Shown: positions 34,416 to 43,776, counted from the stretch's first letter. The stretch is 64,000 nucleotides of DNA from Vulcanimicrobiota bacterium (GCA_963714015.1 OY970223.1:2336001-2400000); one strand, 5' to 3'. Numbers and translations are program-made. The notes: generated by a model not told the origin, from the sequence alone.

Positions 34416-35101
34416 TTCAATTGAACGATCGCACTCCCTACGCCGAGCGGGACGGCTTGATCGCGCAATACCGTTACCTATGCAAACGCGGCGCTCGAAA
34501 ATTTCATCGCGCCGGCTTGGACCGGGCGGATTTGGAGCAGGTCGCGGCAATAGGGCTCATCAAGGCCTGCGACCGGTATAATGCCGATCTGCAGACGCCG
34601 TTCGAAGCGTTTGCCTGGCTGTTCGTCGTCGGCGAACTCATGCACTATGTGCGCGATCACGAGCGAATCGTGCGCCCGCCTAGGCGGCTGCGCGACCTGG
34701 ACCGGCGCTTCCAAACGGCGCACGATGCTTTAGTGCTGGAGCTGGGACGTGAACCTTCGCCGGAAGACCTGCAAAGGCGCCTGGAAATCGGGCGGAGCGA
34801 GCTCGAAGAGGTTTACCGGTATCGAGAACAAGCGGTAGCTCAGTCCATCGACGTTTTGCGCCCGAACGATCTCGCCTCGCACAGCTATACGATCGAGAAC
34901 CGCGAAGACCGCCTGATGATTGACGATGCGCTGCGTTGCCTTACGAAGATGGAACGGATCGTCATTCTGGGTCTCTATCACAGCGGATTCACGCAAGTCG
35001 AGATCGCCGATCGTCTCGGCTACTCGCGCCGCCACGTGTCGCGCCTGCACCGGACGGCACTAAAGAAAATGCGTCCGCTCTCCGTCTTCAATACGCGCTG
35101 A
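34412..35101 (+). CDS. Sigma-70 group 3 sigma factor (SigB/SigF/SigG-like)
   Basis: DLEQVAAIGLIKACDRY (region 2), GELMHYVRD, LGREPS (region 3), TQVEIADRLGYSRRHVSRL (region 4); ATGA overlap with pilC. Confidence 0.9.
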   Translation: MIQLNDRTPYAERDGLIAQYRYLCKRGARKFHRAGLDRADLEQVAAIGLIKACDRYNADLQTPFEAFAWLFVVGELMHYVRDHERIVRPPRRLRDLDRRFQTAHDALVLELGREPSPEDLQRRLEIGRSELEEVYRYREQAVAQSIDVLRPNDLASHSYTIENREDRLMIDDALRCLTKMERIVILGLYHSGFTQVEIADRLGYSRRHVSRLHRTALKKMRPLSVFNTR

Positions 35102-35142
35102 AGGGGCACTAATATCTCTGCGAACGGCTCGCAGGAGAAAAA

Positions 35143-35607
35143 ATGAAAAGTCAGCGCGGATTTACGCTCTTGGAGATGATGGTCGTGGTTGCGATCATCG
35201 CCATCCTTGCGGCAATATTGATACCGAACTTTACGCGCGCTCGCGCTCAGGCAATGACCTCTGCATGCATGGGCAACATCAAGATGATCGCAACGGCGCT
35301 CGAGCTTTATTACACGGACAATCAGGCGTATCCGGCGGCCAGCAACAAGCCGGTTCAGTCCCTGGGTTTGACCGGATATCTCAACCAGGTACCGGCCGAT
35401 CCCGCTGCGCCCGCCGGCGCTTCGTACACGGTGTCTACCAACAACGCGCCGGGCAACGGCGGCATAGCGGGATACCAGATCTGGTGTCCCGGCACGCACG
35501 ATCCCGCTACGCTCACGAAGCTCAACAATGGTGTAACCACCACGAACACGACGTTGAAATACGACAACCAGAGCGGCTTCAGCGTCGTCTCGGGACCGGG
35601 AAGTTGA
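35143..35607 (+). CDS. Type IV pilin (GspG/ComGC-like)
   Basis: MKSQRG|FTLLEMMVV class III signal peptide with E5; Cys42 and Cys115; AGGAG RBS. Confidence 0.92.
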   Translation: MKSQRGFTLLEMMVVVAIIAILAAILIPNFTRARAQAMTSACMGNIKMIATALELYYTDNQAYPAASNKPVQSLGLTGYLNQVPADPAAPAGASYTVSTNNAPGNGGIAGYQIWCPGTHDPATLTKLNNGVTTTNTTLKYDNQSGFSVVSGPGS

Positions 35608-36266
35608 CAGTGGACCTCTTTTCACAGAGCCTGCATGCCGCGGCAACGCACGACGCGGCGGCTCCGGCATTGATCTTCGCAGCGGGCGCGGTTACGAGTA
35701 TCGGCCCTTGCGTTGCTCCGCGCTTCATCGCGATTGCGGCCATTTCGGCGGGGGAAGAGCGCGCTGCGGCAATCCGTCTCGCGGTTGCGTTTTGCGCCGG
35801 GCTGACCGCCACGTTTTCGACGCTGGGAGCGGCGGCCACGCTGCTCGCGCAGGCGCTGCGGCATTCCGCTTTCATTTATGCGTTCCTCGCTGCGGCGCTC
35901 GCGGCGGCGGGCATAATTACGCTTTGGCGCGAGACGCCTGAATGCCGGCCGTCCCATGCCCGATCCCGCGCGAGTCTGGGAAGTGTGTTCTTGCTCGGAG
36001 CGTCCTCTGCTTTAGTCCTCTCGCCGTGCTGCAGCCCCGTTGTAGCCGGTGTCGTCGCTTACAGCGCCGCCGCGGGTGACCCGCTTTACGGAGCGGCGAT
36101 GCTTTCGGTATTTTCCCTCGGCCATATGCTTCCGGTAATTGCAGCGGCAGTAAGCGCAAACAAAGCCGTGACGATCCTCAAGCGCCTGACAGTCGTGCGC
36201 GCCGGAGCCGTGCTCAGCGGTTCCTTGATGCTCGGGCTGGCTGCTTACTATGCGGTACTTGCATGA
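35604..36266 (+). CDS. CcdA/DsbD-type membrane thiol-disulfide electron transporter
   Basis: About six TMs with paired motifs SIGPCV and LSPCCSP; TTG start overlaps the pilin stop. Confidence 0.8.
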   Translation: MTVDLFSQSLHAAATHDAAAPALIFAAGAVTSIGPCVAPRFIAIAAISAGEERAAAIRLAVAFCAGLTATFSTLGAAATLLAQALRHSAFIYAFLAAALAAAGIITLWRETPECRPSHARSRASLGSVFLLGASSALVLSPCCSPVVAGVVAYSAAAGDPLYGAAMLSVFSLGHMLPVIAAAVSANKAVTILKRLTVVRAGAVLSGSLMLGLAAYYAVLA

Positions 36267-36802
36267 CGCCGTTCTCGCGCACGCGACGTTTTGCCGTTGC
36301 CGGTGCGGCTCTGGGGATTGCCGCCATCCTGATGCGTTCGCAGATAGCCGAAGCCTTGACTGTTCGCGGCGACGAGTATCTCTATAGTGCAAAACCGGCT
36401 GCAGCTCTGGAGCGGTATCGGCGTGCACTTGCAATAACTCCCGATACGGAAAGCGCAGCCGATCGGTTCACGTTCGTGTCGATGGAGCAGCACTCGATTC
36501 CGGCGCTGCACGCCGGGATTGCCGTAGCGGGCCGGTATCTTTCACGGCATCCGAAGGACGCGCTGTTGCTTTCGGACCGGGCGCTGTGCTTTTTGATCGA
36601 GCGGCGTTACGCAAAAGCGCAGGATGACTTCGAGCAGGCCGCGCGCATTGACAAGGATTCTCAGATGTTCGTATTTGCCGGCTGGTCGGCCTGGCACCGA
36701 GGGCTTCACGTAACGGCGAGGTCCTTGTGGCGTGATGCACTCCAAATCGACCCGCGTGACGGCGCTGCGGTCTTAGCCCTTCGGCGCAGCGCAAACGGTT
36801 AA
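36263..36802 (+). CDS. Membrane-anchored TPR protein
   Basis: N-terminal hydrophobic helix; YRRALAITP, FEQAARID, WRDALQIDP TPR-like repeats. Confidence 0.75.
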   Translation: MTPFSRTRRFAVAGAALGIAAILMRSQIAEALTVRGDEYLYSAKPAAALERYRRALAITPDTESAADRFTFVSMEQHSIPALHAGIAVAGRYLSRHPKDALLLSDRALCFLIERRYAKAQDDFEQAARIDKDSQMFVFAGWSAWHRGLHVTARSLWRDALQIDPRDGAAVLALRRSANG

Positions 36803-36808
36803 TTCTTT

Positions 36809-37420
36809 ATGACGTTTCTTGAAACCGCGGCATCCATGGCCATGACTGCGTTATTTGCGATGCTGGCGGAGCGCATCGCATCGTCTCACGACATTCGGGT
36901 GCGGCTGTTCTCCGGAACCGGCGGCTTGGTCTTGCTGCTCGGAGCGGCCGGTCAGGCGCTCTGTCTCAGGTTGATGCACGGGGAATTTTCGAGCGCGGCG
37001 CTGGCATTGACGCTGCCGAGCATCGTCGTTTCCGCCGCCACCGACGCCGTGAGCGGTTATGTTTTCGACGTCGTAACCGTTCCGGCAATCGCTGCTTCAT
37101 TCATTCTCGCATGTTGCGATCGCGAACTGATGCCCGCTGCGGCCGGCGCCGTCGCCGGTGCGCTTCCTTTGGCGATCATGTACGCGATCACGCGAGGCCG
37201 CGGTTTAGGACTCGGTGACGTCAAGCTGGCCTGCTGCATGGGTGCCGGGTTAGGGGTTTTCTCCGTCTTTGCGGCGCTCGGCGTCGCATTCGTGACGGGC
37301 GGTGTATATGCAGCGTACCTTCTGATTACGAAACGCGCGCGGCGCGGGAGTGCGCTCTATTTTGCACCGTATCTTGCCGGAAGCACGCTGCTCGTCGCTT
37401 GTTTGCGAGCGGCCGGATGA
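36809..37420 (+). CDS. Prepilin peptidase, A24 family (peptidase domain only)
   Basis: ATD and GLGLGDVKL catalytic aspartates, FAPYL; no N-terminal CxxC zinc domain. Confidence 0.85.
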   Translation: MTFLETAASMAMTALFAMLAERIASSHDIRVRLFSGTGGLVLLLGAAGQALCLRLMHGEFSSAALALTLPSIVVSAATDAVSGYVFDVVTVPAIAASFILACCDRELMPAAAGAVAGALPLAIMYAITRGRGLGLGDVKLACCMGAGLGVFSVFAALGVAFVTGGVYAAYLLITKRARRGSALYFAPYLAGSTLLVACLRAAG

Positions 37421-38376
37421 AGCATCGCAATCTACCACTGGGCGTCGACATCGGCACCACGCGCGTTCGCGTGCTGCATGCCGTCGCTACGCCCGAGGGA
37501 CCTCGCGTTCAGGCCGTGGCGGTCCGAAACACTTTGCCCGGAACGGCAGACTCCGGCCGCATCAACGATCCTGATTCCGTCGCGGGCCTGCTGGCTGCAG
37601 CGGTCGCCGAACTGCGCACGACCGAGCGCCGCTGCGTCGCGTGCATCGGCGAACCGGATGCCATGCTTAGGCCCTTTCACATACCGAAAATGACTGCCGC
37701 GGAACGGGAGCGCGCTGCGGGATTCGAGGCCCAGCGCTTTATTGAGTTTCCAGCCTCCGAAGCCGTCGTTCGGGTTCATAGAGGAACCACGGCCGGTGAT
37801 TGGATTTTGGGAATCGCGAATGCGAGGGTGATCGAAACGCGCCTTGCAACGCTGCGCCGTGCCGGTCTGCGGCCCTTGGCGCTCGATCACGAGGCTTGCG
37901 CGCTAACGCGCGCGTTGCCCGAATTCGATGCCGTCGTCGACGTCGGCCATCACCGGGCCAGCATCCACGTAGCCGGGGCGGTTAGTCCTAGCACGTTTCA
38001 CGTTTACAGCGGCGGAGCCGACATTACGAGCGGAATAGTCCGCGAACTCTCGATCGATCAGCACACCGCTGAGAAGCGTAAACGCATTCTCGGTACGTCC
38101 GGGGCCGGCGAGCGTGCCCGCGTCACGCTCACCTCCGATATCGCCTCGCTTATAACGGCGGGTCGCAGAACCCGCGCAATTTCGCGTCTCGCGCTTCTGG
38201 GCAATGCTTCCCGTCTTCACGGTTTGTCTTCGGAACTTCAATCCGCGACCGGCGCCATCTGTGAAACGGCGGTCCCGAGCGTACTTCGGGCCGGCGTTTA
38301 TCCCGATGACGTGGTACGTTCCGGCGCCGCCGACTGGTCGCTCGCGGCCGGTTTGGCACTGTGGGTTCGTCGATGA
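37417..38376 (+). CDS. pilM: PilM-like actin-fold assembly protein
   Basis: GVDIGTT, VDVG, GGADIT...AEKRK; position in operon. Confidence 0.8.
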   Translation: MKHRNLPLGVDIGTTRVRVLHAVATPEGPRVQAVAVRNTLPGTADSGRINDPDSVAGLLAAAVAELRTTERRCVACIGEPDAMLRPFHIPKMTAAERERAAGFEAQRFIEFPASEAVVRVHRGTTAGDWILGIANARVIETRLATLRRAGLRPLALDHEACALTRALPEFDAVVDVGHHRASIHVAGAVSPSTFHVYSGGADITSGIVRELSIDQHTAEKRKRILGTSGAGERARVTLTSDIASLITAGRRTRAISRLALLGNASRLHGLSSELQSATGAICETAVPSVLRAGVYPDDVVRSGAADWSLAAGLALWVRR

Positions 38377-38933
38377 TTTCCTTCGATTATTTGCGTTCGG
38401 CGCGGCCCGATCTGCTGGTCAGGATAATGGAATTCCGGATTCCTTCAAGGCTGCAATCCGGAGTAGCTGCGGTGATCGTCGCTACGGCATTCGTCGGCGG
38501 CGCTTGGGGAATCGAGTCGTGCCGGCTGGCTGCCGCGCTCAACGTCGAAGCCGAATACCGGCAAAACTTCGAGCGCAGCCGCGCAGATGTGGCAAGGGCC
38601 GACGTCTACTTCGATCGCGTAAAAAACCTCGTTGCTCTGGACAAACGCCTGCGCGACGTCGTCCTTTCCGGAAATGTGACCGCGCGCCGTCTCGCGCAAA
38701 TCGGCAATGCGTTGCCCTCCACTGTTTGGCTCTCTTCGATTTCGCACGACGGCCAGGGATTATCGATCGAAGGAACCGCCCCCGACATGGCTACAGTAGG
38801 CCGCGTGCTCTCCGATTTGAACGAGATTCGCGGCGTGCGCGATCCCAAGCTGCTCGACGCATCCGCAGAAGCGGACCCAAAGAGCGCTCGTGAAGTGAAA
38901 TTTACGGTTCGGGCCGAGGGCGCACTGCCGTGA
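38373..38933 (+). CDS. pilN: PilN-like assembly protein
   Basis: Single TM, coiled coil, LPSTVWLSSI...IEG. Confidence 0.78.
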   Translation: MISFDYLRSARPDLLVRIMEFRIPSRLQSGVAAVIVATAFVGGAWGIESCRLAAALNVEAEYRQNFERSRADVARADVYFDRVKNLVALDKRLRDVVLSGNVTARRLAQIGNALPSTVWLSSISHDGQGLSIEGTAPDMATVGRVLSDLNEIRGVRDPKLLDASAEADPKSAREVKFTVRAEGALP

Positions 38934-39547
38934 AAAGTGCGGTGCCGAGATTCTCCGATGCGGGCGCTTTATGGCTGACCGCCTTCATCATTTTCCTGGG
39001 CGGCTCGTACGTCGTCGAGACGCAGTGCCGGGAGGCGATCGGTCAATCCGCCGCCCGCAGCCAAGCACTCTACGAACGCACCGTCTCTAACGAACGAACG
39101 ATCGCCGAAGCACCGTCGCTGCGGCGACTGCAAGCGACAGTCGAGGGCGATGTGCGGCACCTTTCACGTGACGTATCGCTCTCGATCACCACGGCACAAC
39201 TGTTGGCAATGCTTCAGAGCACGGCGTCGATCCATCACGTTGAAGTGATCGCCGTAGAGCCCGAGCAAAGCCGGCTGCCCGCAATTTCTCCGGCGCCGCA
39301 AACCGATGAGACCCCTTGGCTCGAGCCGGAACCGGTGACGGTACGAGTTCGAGGCGGTTTCCGCGACCTTTTGTACTTCATCGAGGCGATTTCACGACAG
39401 CGCACGCTGCTCGAAATCGACGACGCGCAAGTGCAAATGGATCCGGCACAATCCGAAGCCGGCAGCCTCGATGCCGACGTTCATACGACGCTGTATCGCT
39501 TGACCTTACCGACCGAAGAGGAGCACCGCATTGAAACCGCTCGATGA
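38930..39547 (+). CDS. pilO: PilO-like assembly protein
   Basis: Single TM, PVTVRVRGGFRDLLYFIEAI. Confidence 0.75.
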   Translation: MKSAVPRFSDAGALWLTAFIIFLGGSYVVETQCREAIGQSAARSQALYERTVSNERTIAEAPSLRRLQATVEGDVRHLSRDVSLSITTAQLLAMLQSTASIHHVEVIAVEPEQSRLPAISPAPQTDETPWLEPEPVTVRVRGGFRDLLYFIEAISRQRTLLEIDDAQVQMDPAQSEAGSLDADVHTTLYRLTLPTEEEHRIETAR

Positions 39548-40028
39548 TCGCCGCCGCGCGCAACTCGCACTTCTTTCGGCCGCGCTGTGTTCCGTTTCTG
39601 CTCTGCTGTTGCCCGTGGCGGCCAGATCGTCGATGGAGGCCGCGGACGAACGGATGACGCTCGAGCAGCGTTTGCCGCTCCCGGTCCTTCCGCCGCGTGC
39701 TGCTGCGCCTGAATTGATCGTAATGCGAGACCCGTTTGGTTCGGCATCCCCACCCGTGCCGGACGATTCTGCGGATCCGCTCGTGCTGCCGCTTCCGGCA
39801 AATCGCGGCGCCGCGAATGTACCGCAAGCGGTTTTCGGCGACGAGCCTATGGTGCGAGCCCTCATCACCGGCGGTGCGGCGCCGCGCGCGCTTCTGGACG
39901 AGAACGGTCAGGTTCGAATCGTCGAGATCGGCGACGCCGTCCAGGGCTCGGCCATAACGGCCATCGATTCAGCCGGCATTCTCTTGAAAAACGGCACGCG
40001 CTACGCTTTATCGCAGGAGAACCAATGA
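39531..40028 (+). CDS. PilP-like protein
   Basis: RDPF motif, Pro-rich linker, ALL...IVEIGDAV..ITAI; lies between pilO and the secretin. Confidence 0.65.
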   Translation: MKPLDDRRRAQLALLSAALCSVSALLLPVAARSSMEAADERMTLEQRLPLPVLPPRAAAPELIVMRDPFGSASPPVPDDSADPLVLPLPANRGAANVPQAVFGDEPMVRALITGGAAPRALLDENGQVRIVEIGDAVQGSAITAIDSAGILLKNGTRYALSQENQ

Positions 40029-41404
40029 AATCGCTGCTGTTGTCGTTTGTCCTGGCCTTCGGCACCTTGGGCCTAGCCTCGGCCGGCCAACACCTCGTAA
40101 CACTCGACGTCCATAACGCCGATTTGGGCGACGTTCTCGCGCTGCTTGCGGCTGAAAGCGGCACGAACATCGTTGCCGACTCGTCGGTAAAGCCGCAGAA
40201 AATTACGCTCCATCTGCATAACGTCAGTTTTGAGGATGCCCTCTCCGTGCTCGTGCAGTCGCATGACCTTGAGGTTCGCAGACAAGACGGCATCATTATC
40301 GTCGGCAGCAACGACTCCATGAACCGGCGCTACGGCGATTCGAACGACGCGCGCAGCGCGCGAACCATCGTTCTTTCGCTGGCGCACGGCGATCCCGAGG
40401 AGATCGCCAAAGAACTCACGGCGAGCTTACCCGACGGCACAGTTATCGTACCCGACAAAAGGACCAATACGATCGTCCTTACCGGAAATACCGATACGGT
40501 AAACAGAGCGCGGGATTTGGTGCAGACCTTCGACTCAGGACGCTATACCGGAGATACGGCCGTCGCTCGCGTCTATCCGCTGCGATACCACAAGCCTTCG
40601 GACTTGGTAAGCGATCTGAAGGGCCTGATTCCGGACGGCTCGTACGTCGCAGACGACGCGCAGAACGCCGTCGTCGTGACCGGCAGTGAGGCGGTTCAGC
40701 ACATTGCCGCGCAGTTCGTGCGAAGCACCGATGTTCCAAGTTCGCAGGTATTGTTCGAGGTTCGCGTTGCAGACCTAACGCCCGTGAACGACAACACGAA
40801 CGTCGGCGTTACCTTCGGCGGCATCGATTTCCAAGGGCAAACCATTCCCGGCGCTACGACCTGGGCGTTCGCTCGCGATGCGATCGCGGTAAATGCGACG
40901 CTCAATGCCCTCGTTAGCCAGGGGCACGCGGAGATACTGGCCACGCCGCGCATCGTAACGCTAAACAATAAAGAAGCCAACCTGCTTATCGGTCAAACGT
41001 ATCCCGTCGTGTACTACGATTCGCAGTTCGGCGGACAACAAGTACAGTTCGTCGACATCGGCGTCAAGCTTCGGCTCACTCCGACGATCGGTCCGGACGG
41101 AAGCGTCACGGCGGAGCTGCATCCGGAATACAGCGCCATAGAAGGTTTCGCCGGCGGCTATCCGATCATCGCCAACCGGAAAATCGACTCGACGTTGCGC
41201 GTAGGGGATGGACAAACTATCGTTCTGGGCGGTTTGCTGCGGGACGAAGATTCGCAGACGCTTACAAAAATGCCCGGCCTCGCTGATATCCCAATCGTCG
41301 GAAAAATCTTTCAAAACAAACAGCGCACGCACGAGCGTGACGAGGTGGTGTTTCTGATAACTCCGCACGTAATCAGGCCGAATTCGCCGCTTCCTACGAA
41401 GTAA
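40025..41404 (+). CDS. pilQ: Secretin (PilQ/GspD family)
   Basis: Signal peptide, STN and N domains, ILATPRIVTLNNKEA, GQTIVLGGL, PGLADIPIVGKIF, FLITPHVI. Confidence 0.93.
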   Translation: MKSLLLSFVLAFGTLGLASAGQHLVTLDVHNADLGDVLALLAAESGTNIVADSSVKPQKITLHLHNVSFEDALSVLVQSHDLEVRRQDGIIIVGSNDSMNRRYGDSNDARSARTIVLSLAHGDPEEIAKELTASLPDGTVIVPDKRTNTIVLTGNTDTVNRARDLVQTFDSGRYTGDTAVARVYPLRYHKPSDLVSDLKGLIPDGSYVADDAQNAVVVTGSEAVQHIAAQFVRSTDVPSSQVLFEVRVADLTPVNDNTNVGVTFGGIDFQGQTIPGATTWAFARDAIAVNATLNALVSQGHAEILATPRIVTLNNKEANLLIGQTYPVVYYDSQFGGQQVQFVDIGVKLRLTPTIGPDGSVTAELHPEYSAIEGFAGGYPIIANRKIDSTLRVGDGQTIVLGGLLRDEDSQTLTKMPGLADIPIVGKIFQNKQRTHERDEVVFLITPHVIRPNSPLPTK

Positions 41405-41528
41405 GCTCGATCGTTACTAGAGCACTAGTCTTTGTTGACTATCGCGAGTCTTCGAGACAGGATGGGCTTACATACACACGAAGCGGTGAGCGGTTTCTTG
41501 CCGTCTTTTAGTGGGAGCAAATTTCGTA

Positions 41529-42005
41529 ATGAACTTACCGCGTTTTCTCGCGTCCGTTTCCGTGGTTTCTACACTCGCCCTCGCCGCATGCGCCGGCGGC
41601 GGCACTTTAGCGCCGGGTTCCGGCGGCTTCATCCCGTCGGCCGTCATGCGCGCGCCGGCCTCCGAATCCGTACAGTCGACATTCCCGAACGTTTCGGGTT
41701 GGTACGCCGGGCGAATCGTCGAGTCAGTGGACGGACACAGCCTGGCCAGCGGCCTGACGATCCGCATAAAGCAGACCGGTACGACGTTCGTCGGGATTAT
41801 GAATCCCTATTACCAGCATCACACGATTACTCTGCGATGCTCCGGTACCGTCTTCAAAAAGCCGAAAGGCGCATGGCTGAAGTTCACGATCAACCTTCCG
41901 GGCGGCCCCACCGTCCCGGGCAGCGGTGAAGTTACCGGCAAGGACTTCAACGGCAAAGCCGACGTTCCGCAGATCAGCATCGCGTTCACGTCGGTTAAGT
42001 CTTAG
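41529..42005 (+). CDS. Hypothetical lipoprotein
   Basis: Lipobox LAAC; beta-rich body. Confidence 0.7.
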   Translation: MNLPRFLASVSVVSTLALAACAGGGTLAPGSGGFIPSAVMRAPASESVQSTFPNVSGWYAGRIVESVDGHSLASGLTIRIKQTGTTFVGIMNPYYQHHTITLRCSGTVFKKPKGAWLKFTINLPGGPTVPGSGEVTGKDFNGKADVPQISIAFTSVKS

Positions 42006-42010
42006 CCGCC

Positions 42011-42059
42011 AAGCGGGGTCCGCGGCGAAGGGTAGTGGGTAGGGCGGGCCCCGCTTTTT
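42011..42059 (+). terminator. Intrinsic terminator
   Basis: AAGCGGGGTCCGC...GCGGGCCCCGCTT stem followed by a T tract. Confidence 0.6.
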
Positions 42060-42084
42060 CGTGGAGGGTTTCCTGCGCTGGAGA

Positions 42085-42670
42085 TTACACTTGTGCGTGC
42101 TGCCGCAATTCGCCGCGCGTGCGCGACTCTTCAAACAGGTGCAGCATGGCCTCGTTGAACTTTGGAATATCGTCCGGTTTGCGGCTGGTGGTGAGGTTGC
42201 CGTCCGTGACGTTCACTTCATCCACCCAGTCGCCGCCCGCATTGCGAATATCCGTTTGAAGCGACGGCCATGACGTCAACCGTTTGCCGCGCACGGCGTC
42301 GACTTCAACCAGCGACCACGGGCCGTGGCAAATTGCGGCAATCGGTTTTGCTGCGTCGACGAAAGACTTCACGAATTGCATCGCCTGTTTGTTCATCCGC
42401 AGGCGATCCGGATTAGCGACGCCGCCGGGCAAAAGCAGCGCGTCGAACTCTTCAGGCCTGGCCTGATCGAGTTGCAGATCGACTTTGAACTTGTCGCCGG
42501 GCTCGTCGTGGTTCATCCCCTGGACCTGATCTTTGCCGGGCGAAATCAGCACTGTCGCAGCACCCGCTTGATCGAGCGCTTTGCGCGGCTCCGTCAATTC
42601 GACTTGCTCGAAACCGGTCGTCGACCAGGATGGCGACCTTCATTGCTTCCAGTCGATTTGATGTTGTCAT
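42085..42670 (-). CDS. PfpI/DJ-1 family protein (frameshift ~42615)
   Basis: KVAILVDD, then in the other frame FEQVELTEP, LLPGGVANPDRLR, AAICHGPW. Confidence 0.88.
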
Positions 42671-42679
42671 GACCAAGGA

Positions 42680-42704
42680 CTACCCGAGGCCATTCGCACT
42701 AAAC
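42680..42704 (-). promoter_or_regulatory. SigB/SigF-type promoter of pfpI
   Basis: GTTT-N15-GGGTAG, 9 nt before the ATG at 42670. Confidence 0.6.
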
Positions 42705-43109
42705 AGCGTCGGCTGCGGGGCTGTCGGCGTCGCGGCTGCTTGATTTCGAGAATCGCGCCTGTGCGGCGCGCACTTCGTCCATATGTTCCCGGGACCACTG
42801 CGCCAGAGCGCTGAGCGGCTGCTGCAGCGTGCGTCCGAGCGGCGTAAGCCGGTACTCGACGCGCGGCGGAATCTGCGCATAGACCGTGCGCTCGACCAGA
42901 CCATCGCGCTCCATCTGGCGCAGCGTCTGGGTGAGCATTTTTTGAGAGATGCCGCCGATCGCGCGGCGCAGTTCGGTAAATCGGCTGGGCTCGGCGCCGG
43001 CAAGCGTGCCGATGATCAGCGTCGTCCACTTGTCCGCGATCCGGTCAAGCAACGCCCGAGCGGGGCAATTCTCGGCGTACGGGTCTTGCGGTCGAGTCTC
43101 GGTTTCCAT
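42699..43109 (-). CDS. HxlR family winged-helix regulator
   Basis: CP...IADKW, GISQKMLTQTLRQMERDGLV, PPRVEYRLT. Confidence 0.92.
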   Translation of the reverse strand: METETRPQDPYAENCPARALLDRIADKWTTLIIGTLAGAEPSRFTELRRAIGGISQKMLTQTLRQMERDGLVERTVYAQIPPRVEYRLTPLGRTLQQPLSALAQWSREHMDEVRAAQARFSKSSSRDADSPAADAV

Positions 43110-43224
43110 TAGGTAATTACGGCACCTTTGGGTTCGTACTTGTATATCGTTGGTTACTATGCAATAGTCGGTTTGACTATAACACGCTTGGGCGGTGCGA
43201 GCAACCCAAGCACTGGAGGAGAGC

Positions 43225-43776
43225 ATGACTACCGTTAGTACTTCCGAGCGCGTCCAAGAGTTCACCGTCGACCCGGTCCATTCGAATGTTGAGTTCGTGG
43301 TACGCCACTTGATGATCAGCAAGGTCCGGGGGCGCTTTGGCGGCGTCACGGGCTCGATCCGTATGGACCCGGGCAATGACGTGCCGGCGGCGGTCCACGT
43401 CAAGATCGACGCTTCCTCTATCGACACGCGCGAGTCTGCCCGCGACACACACCTGCGCTCGGCCGACTTCTTCGACGTCGAGAAGTTTTCGTTTCTCGAG
43501 TACCGCAGCACCAAAATCGTGGGAACACCCGAATCGTTCGAGATCCACGGCGACCTCACCATGCACGGCGTCACGCGTCCGGTGGTGTTGCAAGCCGAGT
43601 TCGAAGGATCCGGCAAAGATCCGTGGGGCGGAACGCGCCGCGGATACAGCGCACACGCCAAACTGAGCCGCAAGGACTTCGGGCTGGTGTGGAATCAAGC
43701 ACTGGAGGCCGGCGGAGTTGCCGTAGGCGACGAGATCCGGATCGAGATTAACGTGGAGGCCGTGCACGCGGCGTGA
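43225..43776 (+). CDS. YceI family lipid-binding protein
   Basis: VDPVHSNVEFVVRHLMISKVRGRF, RDTHLRSADFF, GDLTMHGVT; GGAGG RBS. Confidence 0.93.
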   Translation: MTTVSTSERVQEFTVDPVHSNVEFVVRHLMISKVRGRFGGVTGSIRMDPGNDVPAAVHVKIDASSIDTRESARDTHLRSADFFDVEKFSFLEYRSTKIVGTPESFEIHGDLTMHGVTRPVVLQAEFEGSGKDPWGGTRRGYSAHAKLSRKDFGLVWNQALEAGGVAVGDEIRIEINVEAVHAA

